Shown in pieces: positions 1 through 10,771 of a DNA stretch of 38,867 nt. The notes under the pieces were generated by a model that did no database searches, was not told where the DNA came from, and saw only the letters and a list, made by a program, of their open reading frames with translations. This DNA comes from Neophaeotheca triangularis (lineage: Eukaryota). The DNA is taken from NCBI GenBank assembly GCA_054600435.1, contig BAAIJX010000038.1, forward strand, positions 186,001-224,867. The letters are read 5' to 3'. Numbering within the stretch: position 1 is the stretch's first letter; every line of letters begins with the position of its first letter. A program made the position numbers and the translations under genes.

Positions 1-66
1 CAGCAATCTTAAGGGCGACATCATCATCATCAGCATCGTCACCAGGAATCCAACCCACCTGCAACC

Positions 67-120
67 CAATCCAATCCAATCCAATCCAATCCAAATCCAC
101 TCCACTCCAATCCAATCCAC
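67..120. repeat. (CCAAT/CCACT)n pentanucleotide microsatellite upstream of the PKA start
   Basis: Directly visible tandem ccaat/ccact units. Confidence 0.8.
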
Positions 121-279
121 AGCTTGTTCCCCACGGCTACCAACTCCATCCCTTCCCGCAGCCCGCCGCTCCCTCCCTTCTCCAATTGAAAGCTTCCGCT
201 GCTTCACCTACCTACCTACCTACCTACCAACAAAGAAACCTCACCGACCTCACTCCCACCTCCCACCTCATCGCTTCTC

Positions 280-2086
280 ATGCCATCCCTCGGCTTCCTC
301 AAGAAGAAGCGGACAAAGGATTCGCAAGGCAACATTGACCACCATCCAGGCTCACCAACTTCCCCGACTGGTGACAAGCACAACAACAACGTCGGTTCTC
401 CCATCAGCCCCCAGCTTAGCAAGCAGACGACCAACAACAGTGGGCGGGGAGCTTCCGATCATCACCAACAACAGCAGGCGTCGCAACAAATTCAGCAACA
501 GCAGGAACAACAGCAGCAGCAGCAGCTACAGCAGCTACAAGCTAAATCGCAGCAGGAAGAAGGCAAGCGATCTCAAGAGCATCCCGGCCCTGGGCCAACC
601 ATTCCAACCAGCCAAAACGCACCTTCAACAACGGTGCCAGCGCCCGAAGAATCGCAGATGAACTCCGGCGGCCAGCAACAGCAGCCGCAGCAGCAGCAGC
701 AGCAACAATTCCAAAACCAGACAAATCAAAATGTCCCTTCTATCCAAAACATGATGAACGGGCCCGGCTATGGCGGAAACGGCTCCCAGCACGACAGCGC
801 CTACAGCAGTACCAGCCATCAAGCCAACAACAATGCCACCCCTACCATCAACGCGCCGCAAGCACGCCCATCTTCAAACCCCTACCGCGAGACCAAAGGC
901 AAGTACACGCTACACGACTTTACGCTATCGCGCACTCTGGGCACGGGTTCCTTTGGTCGCGTCCACCTCGTCCAATCCAAGCACAACCAGCGATTCTACG
1001 CCATCAAAGTGTTGAAAAAGGCGCAAGTGGTGAAGATGAAGCAGGTCGAACATACAAACGACGAGCGAAGAATGCTGCAGAGGTGTAAACACCCCTTCCT
1101 CATCACACTCTGGGGTACCTTTCAGGATGCCAAGAACGTGTACATGGTGATGGATTTTGTCGAAGGCGGTGAGCTGTTCAGTCTGCTGCGGAAATCGCAG
1201 GTGTGTAGATGCGAAACGACCGACCTTGTCCAGCCGTTCAAAAAGCTAATCACAATCGCTTCTCCCAGCGCTTCCCCAACCCCGTTGCCAAGTTCTACGC
1301 AGCCGAAGTCACCCTCGCGCTCGACTACCTTCACAGTCTGCAAATCATCTACCGTGACCTAAAGCCGGAGAATCTGCTCCTCGACCGACATGGACATCTC
1401 AAGATTACTGACTTTGGATTCGCCAAGGAAGTCCCAGACATCACCTGGACGCTCTGCGGAACGCCCGACTACCTAGCACCAGAAGTGGTAAGCTCAAAAG
1501 GCTACAACAAAAGCGTAGACTGGTAAGGAAACCTCGATCCTCCCACCACCCTCTCTCCCACGCTAACCAAACCCCCTTCCCACCCAAAACAGGTGGTCCC
1601 TGGGCATCCTCATCTTCGAAATGCTCTGCGGCTTCACGCCCTTTTGGGACAGCGGCAGCCCTCTCAAAATCTACGAAAACATCCTCAAAGGCCGCGTCAA
1701 ATACCCGCCCTACATCCACCCGGACGCGCAAGACTTGCTCAACAAACTCATCACGCACGACTTGACCAAACGCCTCGGGAACTTGCACGGCGGTAGCAGG
1801 GACGTGATGACGCACCCGTGGTTCGCCGAGGTTACGTGGGAGCGGCTGGCCAAGAAGGATATCGATGCGCCGTATGTGCCGCCAGTGAGGGGGGGTGTGG
1901 GTGATGCCAGTTTGTTTGACAAGTATCCCGAGGAGACGGAGGCTTATGGTAATGAGGGGGTTGATGAGTATGTTTGTCCCCTTTTTTTTTTGTCTCCCCC
2001 CTCTTATTGGGGCGAGTCTGGGATGTTTTTTTTGATGCTGACTCTAGTTCTTGCGCAGGCACGGCCGTCTCTTCCCGGATTTTTAG
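280..2086 (+). CDS. pkaA: cAMP-dependent protein kinase catalytic subunit (PKA-C, CpkA/PkaA type); exons 280-1200, 1269-1522, 1593-1967, 2059-2086
   Basis: Motifs [57 protein letters not shown]-terminus EHGRLFPDF* (FxxF). Introns 1201-1268, 1523-1592 and 1968-2058 have GT..AG ends with GCTAAT/GCTAAC/GCTGAC branch points and restore the frame. Q-rich N-terminal extension typical of fungal PKA-C. Confidence 0.96.
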
Positions 2087-3161
2087 GCTCGGGGGAATTT
2101 GGGGTGACGAGCGTTTTCTTGGGCTTTTCTTTTTTTCTTCTCTCCCCCCCGGGTCTTCTTCAGTTCCCGTGTGCCGAATGTTGGGACCGATTGGGGTCTC
2201 ACCAATCAACGCTTTTTCATTCATCACGGGACGCGATGGCAGCGACGACGACGACTGGACAGACGGGGGGTTTGGTACGTACGGCTGGCAGGGTTCTCCG
2301 CGCCCGGGTGTCTTGCGTTCTTCTCAAGGGGTTAGGGGGTCGAGGGTACGGGGTGGGACATTGTGTGAACGAGGGGAACGTGGGGAGTCACGGGAATCAC
2401 GCTCGCCAGTCAGCGCTCACGGATGAAGAATAGGAAGGAAGGAAGCAAGGAGGGGTTGGCTGGATGGTTGGATGGTTGGATGGTTGGATTGGACGGACAG
2501 ACGGTTGAAAAGCTAACCTTGGCTAGGCATGTATGTGTGCGGCCTCTTTGCCAAACCGTCCCCGTCCCTCCGCCCGCCTGCCCGCTTCTATACCGCTGTA
2601 CCTGTGCCCTTACCTGCGCATCTCTTGGTCTCGTTATCAAAACTAAACCGTGATTCTTTTTTCATTTTTCTCCTTGGAAGCTCGGCGGACGAGTTGGTTT
2701 GAGTGATGTTGGGTGAAGCCAGAGTGTGGCTTCGAGGTCCTTTTTATTTATTTTTTCTCCTCAGTTTTCTTTCGCTTTTCAAAGAAGTACTCACCGTAGT
2801 AGTTGCGAAAAGAAAGGCATATGGATCTGGAGTCGCCTTTGTACGTTTAGCTAGATAGCTGAGGTGGATGGCTGTTGATACTGATGAACTGGATCGCCCT
2901 CCTTTTTTAAAAAAAAACCCTATCCCCCCCCCCCCTCTTCTGCTCTTTTTTTTTTTTTCGTGTGTATGGATCGAGTGCCCTTGTCTTGGTTTTGTCTCTT
3001 TCTGTCTTTATTTCTTCTCTTTTTGCCCTATCCTGCTATTGCTGCTTTTCCTCCCTTTCTCTTCCTCGCGCTCTCTTCTTTCCCTCTCTCTTTCTTCCTC
3101 TTATTCTTACTCTTTCTCTCTCTCTCTCTCTTTTTTCTTCCTCTTACCCTCGGATCTATAC

Positions 3162-3239
3162 CCTCTCTTTCCTCTCTTTCCTCTCTTTCCTCTCTTTCCT
3201 CTCTTTCCTCTCTTTCCTCTCTTTCCTCTCTTTCCTCTC
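3162..3239. repeat. (CCTCTCTTT)x8 plus a partial unit, 9-bp minisatellite in a polypyrimidine tract
   Basis: 8 perfect copies counted at 3162-3233 plus partial cctctc. Confidence 0.95.
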
Positions 3240-3314
3240 CCCTCTCGGATCCTTAGCTCTCCGCCTCTACCGCGAAGATTAGTAGTTAACGCCGCGCTAA
3301 TATCACGAAAAAAA

Positions 3315-3353
3315 AAAGGAAAGGAAAGGAAAGGAAAGGAAAGGAAAGGAAAG
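3315..3353. repeat. (AAAGG)x7 microsatellite
   Basis: Directly visible. Confidence 0.9.
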
Positions 3354-5158
3354 AGCAACAAAGTAAGTAATCCACCAAAAATACTAGCAGCTCCAACGTC
3401 ACACCCATCTAGCATACCCAAAAGCTACCAAAACCCCCAATCGAGCAAGACTGACAGAGGCTCCAGTTACGAGAACTCTCTCGGTTTCCTGGATCCAACG
3501 CGACAACAACAACGACAAACCTTGGAATTAGGTAGATAGGGTAGTCACACCTTTTTTTTTTTTTTTTGGCCATCGTCGCTTCCACGCCTCCGTGGGGCAT
3601 TTTCTTCCTTGAAGGGCAAAGCCAGTCTAACCGGGTCCCCTTGTCCTGAGGCTAAGGTAGTGTTCCGGTGCGAGGGATTTGCAATCCATGGTAGTATGGG
3701 GGACGGCTCGAAAGGACAGGCAGGCAAGACAAGGCAGGGCAGGAAACTTCGACTCGCGGCCGCCAGCTACGTAGGTACGGGGGCGAGAAGTCTTGTTGTG
3801 GTAGAGCTGGGTCGAGCTGGACGCGAGTTGGGCGGATGAAAAAGCCCTGATACTGGCTTCGAGCCTCTCCTCGGTGAATCGGCGGTGGCGGTGATGGCTG
3901 CGGACCTGGAGAGAGAGGCGAGCTTCAGATCTCATTCGAATAAGGGTGGCGACGTCGGCGGATCTGTAATGGCTTGTCTCGTCTCGTCTCGTCGTCGAAG
4001 GCTGTGGAGGGAAGGTCTCGCCACCTGGTTTTCTTTTTCTTTACTATTTTTTTCCCATGGCGGGATTGGCACTGTAAGCTGCGTGATGTTCGGCTTGAGA
4101 CTAGTACTTGCTACTTACAGCTGCCTTATACCAGCTGGCGATGGGTTTACAGGACAGTGTAGTTCTCGAGCAAGGACGGGTGAAGCCTATGCCAGTCAGA
4201 TAGCCCGGGGTTAGACGACTGGGACGACAAGCCAGTTCGTAGAAGAAGGGTGGCAAGCGACTGCCAAGAGCGGGTCGGTTGGGCGATTGGAGTGTCTCGA
4301 AGGGAGGGTGGAAGAGGTACTGTCGTGGTGAGTACATGCAGTACCTCTTATTGGGCAAGGGGTTCGGCTTGGTCTAGGTCTCGACTTTGCGGTGTCGTCG
4401 TCTGGTTGGAGATGCTAGAGCGTAGATCTGAACTTCTGAGTGAGATTGGGGTAGGGTATGGAAGAACGAAGTGGAATAAAAGAAGATGTACAGAGACTGG
4501 GAACTGAAAAAGCGGACAAGGGCAAAATCAGCAAAATCAGCAAAACGAAAACATCCAAACCCTCCTCATCCCTCTGAAACCTAGACCACCGCATACTATC
4601 ATCAAAACAGTAATTCCAAAGATCCCACAACACTGTTCCCACGCCCTCGACGACTACTTACTTACTCCACAAATCTGGCAGCCCCAATTCACCAGCACGA
4701 GAACCCGACAGCTCCAAGAGAAGTCATAAATCCCGGCAAAGCGCTCAGCGCGAGCGAGAAAAGCGTCTTGAAACCAGTCAAAACACACAATGCTGACAAT
4801 GTGGACTTGGAAGGAAATAAAACAGTGTAAACCCCCCCCCTAACCATCTAGTTCCAGACTGTCTGTCTGTCGATTCGTGGCGTCCATCGTGTTTGGCCAG
4901 CGCCGCGTACATAGCCAAAATACAGCTTGGCAAATCTCAAAACTCCGTCGATGCAGACACCCGTGACCGACGCAAAAGTACGAGAAAGCAGGGGTTCAGC
5001 CGTGCAGACAAACCGCCCGTGTCTCAATCGACATATGAAAGACCAAAACCGCAAAAACCATCCGCACCCCAACCATCACCTCGCGAACCCAGACCTTAGT
5101 CTACCGCCTCCTGCTCCTTCCCTCCATCCCTATGCCCACAAGACTAGCCCCGCCCATC

Positions 5159-8100
5159 TCACTTCTTCTTCCCAGTAACGGTCCCATTAACTTTACTCCC
5201 AAACAACAGAGAACTGCGGCTCTCTTGCCAATGCACCGTCAAGGGACTCAAATGCAACAACATAAGCGTACGGCTGGATTTCCCATTCGCGCTAACGGGA
5301 GCGCCGCCGAGGGAAGATTGGAGGAGATAAGTCAACTGCACGCACACATTAGTACAAACACTCTTCATTGCCTGTCTTTAGGGGTTCTCACCTTGGAATT
5401 CCGATAGGGAACATGCTCGGCACCTTCCCGCTTACTACCCAAACTGGCCACGACGTCGCCCAAACTGCTCAGACTCTTGTTGATGGCTTGAGTTTCCTTC
5501 ATCCGGTCGCCAGCGGCTCCGCTCTGTTTCAGCCGCTCGCTGCCAGCCAGGTCGACCAGGTTAAGGATTCCCTCTGAGCTTTCATTGGTGGTTGCACAGT
5601 GGCCTTTGAGCGTGAGGATGAAGACGCTGTGGCTGCGGGACGAGCGTTCGTTGGCTTTGGTGGCCGCGACGCGGCGGTTGCGGGAGGCGGTGTCGAGGAG
5701 ATTGGCTACGGCGTGGGAGGTGTATATTTTGGCTTGCTCGGATGAGTGGTCAGAGGGGGGTGCAGATCGGGAAGAGGGGTCTTGAGATTGGGTCGCTAGG
5801 GTGTCTGGGTCGGGGGACGCGTCTGTTGTTGTGGGAGGTGGCCAGAGATTTACCGACGAGAGGTTCGTGACGGTGGTTTTGCCCGTAATGGCATCGTGGT
5901 GGATTTCATGGCGGTCTTGCTTCTTGCCCCGGTTGCTGGTGTCGCTTTCGGTATCCCAGGTCTTGGCGTCGCCGAGGAGGTCATTGAGGGTTTCGTTGTA
6001 GACTTCGACAAAATTGGCTTCGACTTTGTATTCCCAGCCTTTACTCTTGAGTCGGAGCATTTCGGATAGGAGTAAGGAGATTGAGGATGGGATGATGCCG
6101 TTCTCTCCGCTCATACCAAACGTCTTGCCACTGCCTGTTTGGCCGTAGGAGAGAATTGATACGTTGTAGCCGTCAACGACGCTCTGAACCAAATCACGGC
6201 ACTCTTCAAAGACTTGATGGTTTGTCGAGTCGGGGCCGAACACACGGTCGAAGGCGTAAGGGTGCTTTTCATTCCGTTCCTTCCCGGTGGCTGAGAAGGT
6301 TGTGGGTGCGTGGACGACCATTTCCTTGCCCCCATCCAGAGTATCACGGTCCGGGTACTCTACGCGTGCTGGATCGGCTTCTCCATCTACAGACTGCAGA
6401 CGAGGGCGGATCCGAGCAAAGACACGGATATTGCCACGAAGCTCGAGAATTGTCGCATTGAGTTTCCGGCGGAGCATCTCTTCTTGTCGCAAAGTCACAA
6501 GAGTGTGCTCACGTTCGTCGATCGCCTCCTGAAGCTGCTTGCTCAAGTTGGTAAACTCGAGGCTTTGAGCTTCCTGATTACCTTCTAGGAAATGCGCTTT
6601 CGAAACGAGAGCAGTCTTCTCTTGATCCAACAGAGCTGCTCGGTTCTCGACGGAAGTGATTTGAGACCGCAGGCTTGATATCGTGGCGTTGGCAGCTTCA
6701 AGCTGCGATTCCAGACTTGCAATACTGTCACGCAGTCCTTGAACCTGGCTTGCCGACTCCTCTGCTCTGCCTTCTCCCGATCTTTTCAATTCGTCCAATT
6801 GACACTGCAAGCCCGCGACCTTGCTATCGTGCTCTGCCTGTGTCTCTTCTAGCTCTTCTCGATGCTTGTCTCGTAACTCGTCCAACTCTTTCTGTTTTGC
6901 TTCCTTCCAATCGTCCTTGGCGTCTTCGAGCTTCGTCTCCCAATTGAAGCTCTCCTTTTCATTTTCACGCAATAAACGCTCTACTTCCTTTTCTTGTTTT
7001 GCAAGAAGATCACTGACATGTTTTTCATGGCGTCGCTCAACATCCTCTACATCTCGCTCATGGTCTCGTCGAGCAGACCGTAGATCGGTCTCTTTCGTGT
7101 GGAGGTCACTGCGTGCCCGTTCGAGGTCGGAATTGTAGTCGCGGTTCGCGGTCGTGAGCTCTTGATTGGCTGTCTTGAGCTCTTTGTTGAGGTCTTTTAA
7201 TTCCTGGACTAATACATACATTAACATTGCTTTATCTCTCTTGATTCGCTTGAGTTTGACATACCTTGAGATTTGTAAAAAGCCAGAGATTCCTCAATTG
7301 CTTGCTTGGAGTCGGCGGCTGAGGAGAATTGATTCTTAAGATGGTAATACATGTGTTCCTGCTCGCAGTTAGACCCCGAAGCTACACTCTCGAATCCCCC
7401 TCCGCAACTCACCATGTCTTCGAGTCGGCCTTTGGTGTCCCAAGCTGGCAAAGGTGTAAGCTTCTCTTTCGTAAGAAACACGGGCAACTCATCCTTGCGC
7501 CTCGTGATAGCGGTGGGGGTCCGCAGTGGCGCAGCCATGGAGCCTTTGTGTTTGAGGGGCGAAAGGGTAGGGATGTGTGGAACAACTTGCAGAGACTGCG
7601 TGTGACGGAGCGAGGGGGTGCAAGAAAATTTGGGAATCTTTGAAGGGGAGACCTCCTCTCTGATGCGCTCGAGCGATGGGCGATGTTTTGGCACCGTCGC
7701 TTGTCCCGAGTGCTTGCGTGTTTCTTGTGGCGTGATATGGAGATTTGAAAAGGCCGTGTTTAAAGAAACATTGCGCACGTCCGATTGGGATGATGCAGTC
7801 TTCTCTGGTGAAGAGGTGAGGGCGTGAGGGGGAGGTTCCTCCTCAGCCGGCCCTGCAATCACCAGAGTGCGCTCTTGCGATGGGATATTTTGAGCATGGT
7901 GTTGAGACCTAGTGCTCTTGACTTGCGATTGTTGATGAAGATCCCCTTGAGTGCGTGTTTTGCGAAGGGTGATGAAGTGGTTGAAGGACAGGAGAGGTGT
8001 AGTACCTTTTCGTTTTCCCGAGACCCCAACATCAGGCTGCTCTTCCTCCGCGATAGCCCTGTTACTTGCTGCGCTCGGCGGTCTTGATCCGACGTGACGT

Positions 8101-8684
8101 GCTGATTGTTGACGACTGGGCTGGCGGGTGCTGGAGACGCTGTTGGTGCTGGCCGTGGAAACGTTTGACGTATTGCGATAACTGCTGAAGTTGCCGTGGC
8201 CGCGCGAGCCAATAGTTGCAGAGCTGCTGTCGGTGCGAGATACGCCTGACCTGGATGGTTGCGCCAGATGCGAACGTGGGGGGTTTATAGGCTCAGCGGC
8301 GCGCTCAGCAAGCGTCTTGCGCTTAGTCGGAGGCTCTGGCACTGCGAAGCGCGTGTTAGTGGCACTTCCGTAGTCATCGCTGAGCTCAGCACGCGCTTGG
8401 TAATCCACCTCGGGCTGCTGTTGATGTTGCGGCTGCTGGTCAGACGTACGGCCGGTAATTTTATGTTTGAACGCTGGCGGCGCCATTGATCGACCTCCGC
8501 CACCACCGCCGCCTCCTCCTCCTCCTCCTCCTCCTCCTCCATCGTCTCTTGCCGTGCGGGAGTTTAGATGGCTTTCTGTAGTTTCCAGCAGGCTGCGGTT
8601 CGTGGACGAGGCGGGGAGGCGCGAGGGGGGTTTAGGAAGGGCGGAGGGACGCATGTTCTCGAGCTGTGACGGCGTGCGGTCCAT
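5159..8684 (-). CDS. KAR3: Kinesin-14, C-terminal motor (Kar3/KlpA); exons 8684-8450, 8341-8006, 7444-7413, 7358-7265, 7208-5392, 5335-5159 (segment 8005-7445 may be retained)
   Basis: Basic tail, long coiled coil, neck ELRGNIRVFARIRP, P-loop YGQTGSGKT, switch I NERSSRSH, switch II LVDLAGSE, INKSLSSLGDV, HVPYRNSK/LTYLLQ. Introns: 8449-8342 (GTACGT..ACTAAC..CAG), 8005-7445 (GTACTA..CAG), 7412-7359 (GTGAGT..TCTAAC..CAG), 7264-7209 (GTATGT..TAG), 5391-5336 (GTGAGA..ACTAAT..CAG). Confidence 0.93.
8497..8541 (-). repeat. (GGA/GGC/GGT)n trinucleotide repeat encoding a poly-Gly tract in the kinesin tail
   Basis: Run of cct/ccg/cca triplets on + strand; about 15 Gly in the translation. Confidence 0.9.
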
Positions 8685-9002
8685 TTTTGCGTGCTGGACG
8701 AAGGCGTGGACGCGTTTAGATGGCGGAGATTACATGGATTGACGAGGGTTAGAGGAATACGATACAAGTAGCTGCTGCTGCTGTTGCTGCTGTTGCTGCC
8801 ATCAGCAATCCAAGTGTGAAGATGCGGACGGTTAAGCTAGCAAGGCCATGTTTGGTTTGGTGTAAACAGACAGACGGGCAATGCCATGCCCCGAATTCCG
8901 GGGTAATTAGCCGGTCGAAGATCCATATCAGGTAAGCCCGCTTGATTGCTTGCCGAAGCCGGAATGCCGACAGGACGGGAAGGAACGACCGGACGTCACT
9001 CT

Positions 9003-9031
9003 TGCAGTGCAGTGCAGTGCAGTGCAGTGCA
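9003..9031. repeat. (TGCAG)x5 microsatellite in the KAR3/LOA1 divergent promoter
   Basis: Directly visible. Confidence 0.85.
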
Positions 9032-9534
9032 CGTGTCCGCCTTTCACATGCGAAATTGTCAATTCCATTAGAATCCTCAGGTCCCGTTGGTGGTGACTTG
9101 TTATTGTTATTAACTTAGTATTACATAGTATCATTCTTATTATCATCATTTCGATTACCACCTATACTTATACCTATACCTATACCTACACCTACCTGCC
9201 GCCTGACCTCGACCACCTCATCCTACTCGATTTTGCCACACACCGAGCCGACCACCAACATCCACATCCACATCCACATCCACGCACATATCCGTCATAT
9301 CCGTCACAGCCCGACTCAACACTTTTCTTCCTCCCGTCTTCAGCTTGCCTCGACGAACCGACCGACCCCTTCAGCTGTACCTCCTACGACGTACCGGTTA
9401 CATTGGTTACACACGAGACAACTAATTGCCAGCGCCATCTGCCGTGTGTGCAGTAATTGCCAGCGCACCACCCGTCGATACTGCCAAAGTTGCCGCATGC
9501 TGGTGACCCTCGAGACCACTCTAACCGTTCAGTT

Positions 9535-10771
9535 ATGGAAAAGTACAGCCAGTTCAGGGATAAAGGCACCGGAATCGCCCCTTTCCTCCCAGTCTCCGCT
9601 GAGCCGACGAGCAAAGTTCTACTTCCATTTCATGTGGTACGTGTCAAGAAAGAAATTCAAAGCTGAATACGCCATCACCATCTAACACAACAACCCCACC
9701 AGTTCCTCTATGTTGTCCGCATGTGGGTATGGGCTTTTGCCTGGTTCATCTGGTTCGCCATAGTCCAGTGGACGCCAGTGAACGGCACTCTCCGCAAAGC
9801 CAACTTCTGGTGTCTGTTGGGTATCCCCGGGATCTGGTGGGTAGACATGAAAGTCGACGGAGTAAGGAGAGGGTACGTCCGAAAACTATCCCCCCCCCCT
9901 AAAAACCATAAGATCCTCCTCCTAATTTGCCCCTTCCAGCTCCCTTTCTCAATACTCCAAACGCGTCATGCCCAATTACGGCTCCGTCTTAGCAGCCTCC
10001 TACACCTCCCCCATCGACATCCTCTACCTGGCCTGCATCTACGACCCAATCTTCACCCAATCCTACCCCAACACGCGCAAAGTCCGCCACCTCTCCTTCG
10101 CCACCGCACTCCTTAGCGCCTTCAGCCTACCCCCCACAACCCCGCCCCCTAACCATGAACTCACCGACATCGCCGCCATCCTCCAAGCAAACCCCTCCCG
10201 CTTCATCGCCACTTTCCCCGAAACCACCACCTCCAACGGCCGCGCCATCCTCCGCCTCTCCCCAAGCCTTCTCTCCGCTCCAACGGAAACCAAAATCTAC
10301 CCCGTCAGCATCCGCTACACAACCCAAGACATTGTAACCCCACTCCCGGGCTGGCGCGAAGCGCTAAAATTCTCCTGGCGTCTAAACAGCAAGCCGACAA
10401 CGTGCTTGCGCGTGCGCGTGGGCATTCCGCTCTCGTCAGCCGATAGAGCTCCCAACATGCTCTCGGCCCTCAACGACGGCACAGGGTTGCGGAAGCAATC
10501 GCCGCAGGTCAAGGCAAGACAGCGGTCGAGTTACGAAAGTAACTTTTTCGATACTTTGGATTCGGGAAGCGCGGCTTCTTCTTCGGCTGGGGAGGGGGAG
10601 GATGGGGATGGCGAGGGGGCGTTGGAGGGGAAGGGTACGGTTGTGGATTTGGTTGCTGAGGCGCTGGCGAGGCTGGGGCGGGTCAGGAGGGTGGATTTGG
10701 GGGTTAAGGAGAAAGAGGGGTTTGTTGGCATTTGGTTAGGCAAGGGCAGGAGTGCGAGAAAGGGGAGGTAA
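9535..10771 (+). CDS. LOA1: Lysophosphatidic acid acyltransferase Loa1/Vps66; exons 9535-9636, 9703-9872, 9940-10771
   Basis: Family-typical N-terminus MEKYSQFRDKGTGIAPFLP, a hydrophobic segment, YTSPID and FPETTTSNGR acyltransferase blocks. Introns 9637-9702 (GTACGT..TCTAAC..CAG) and 9873-9939 (GTACGT..CCTAAT..CAG) restore the frame. Confidence 0.88.

Noticed and set aside
1968..2433. Long hydrophobic C-terminal tail on PKA ORF 1621-2433
   Set aside because: Read-through of intron 1968-2058; the spliced form ends with the canonical FxxF motif at 2086.
2868..3539. 223-aa ORF and overlapping ORFs rich in LFP/SSL/FLS repeats
   Set aside because: Translation of stop-poor microsatellites; all three frames are open for the same reason.
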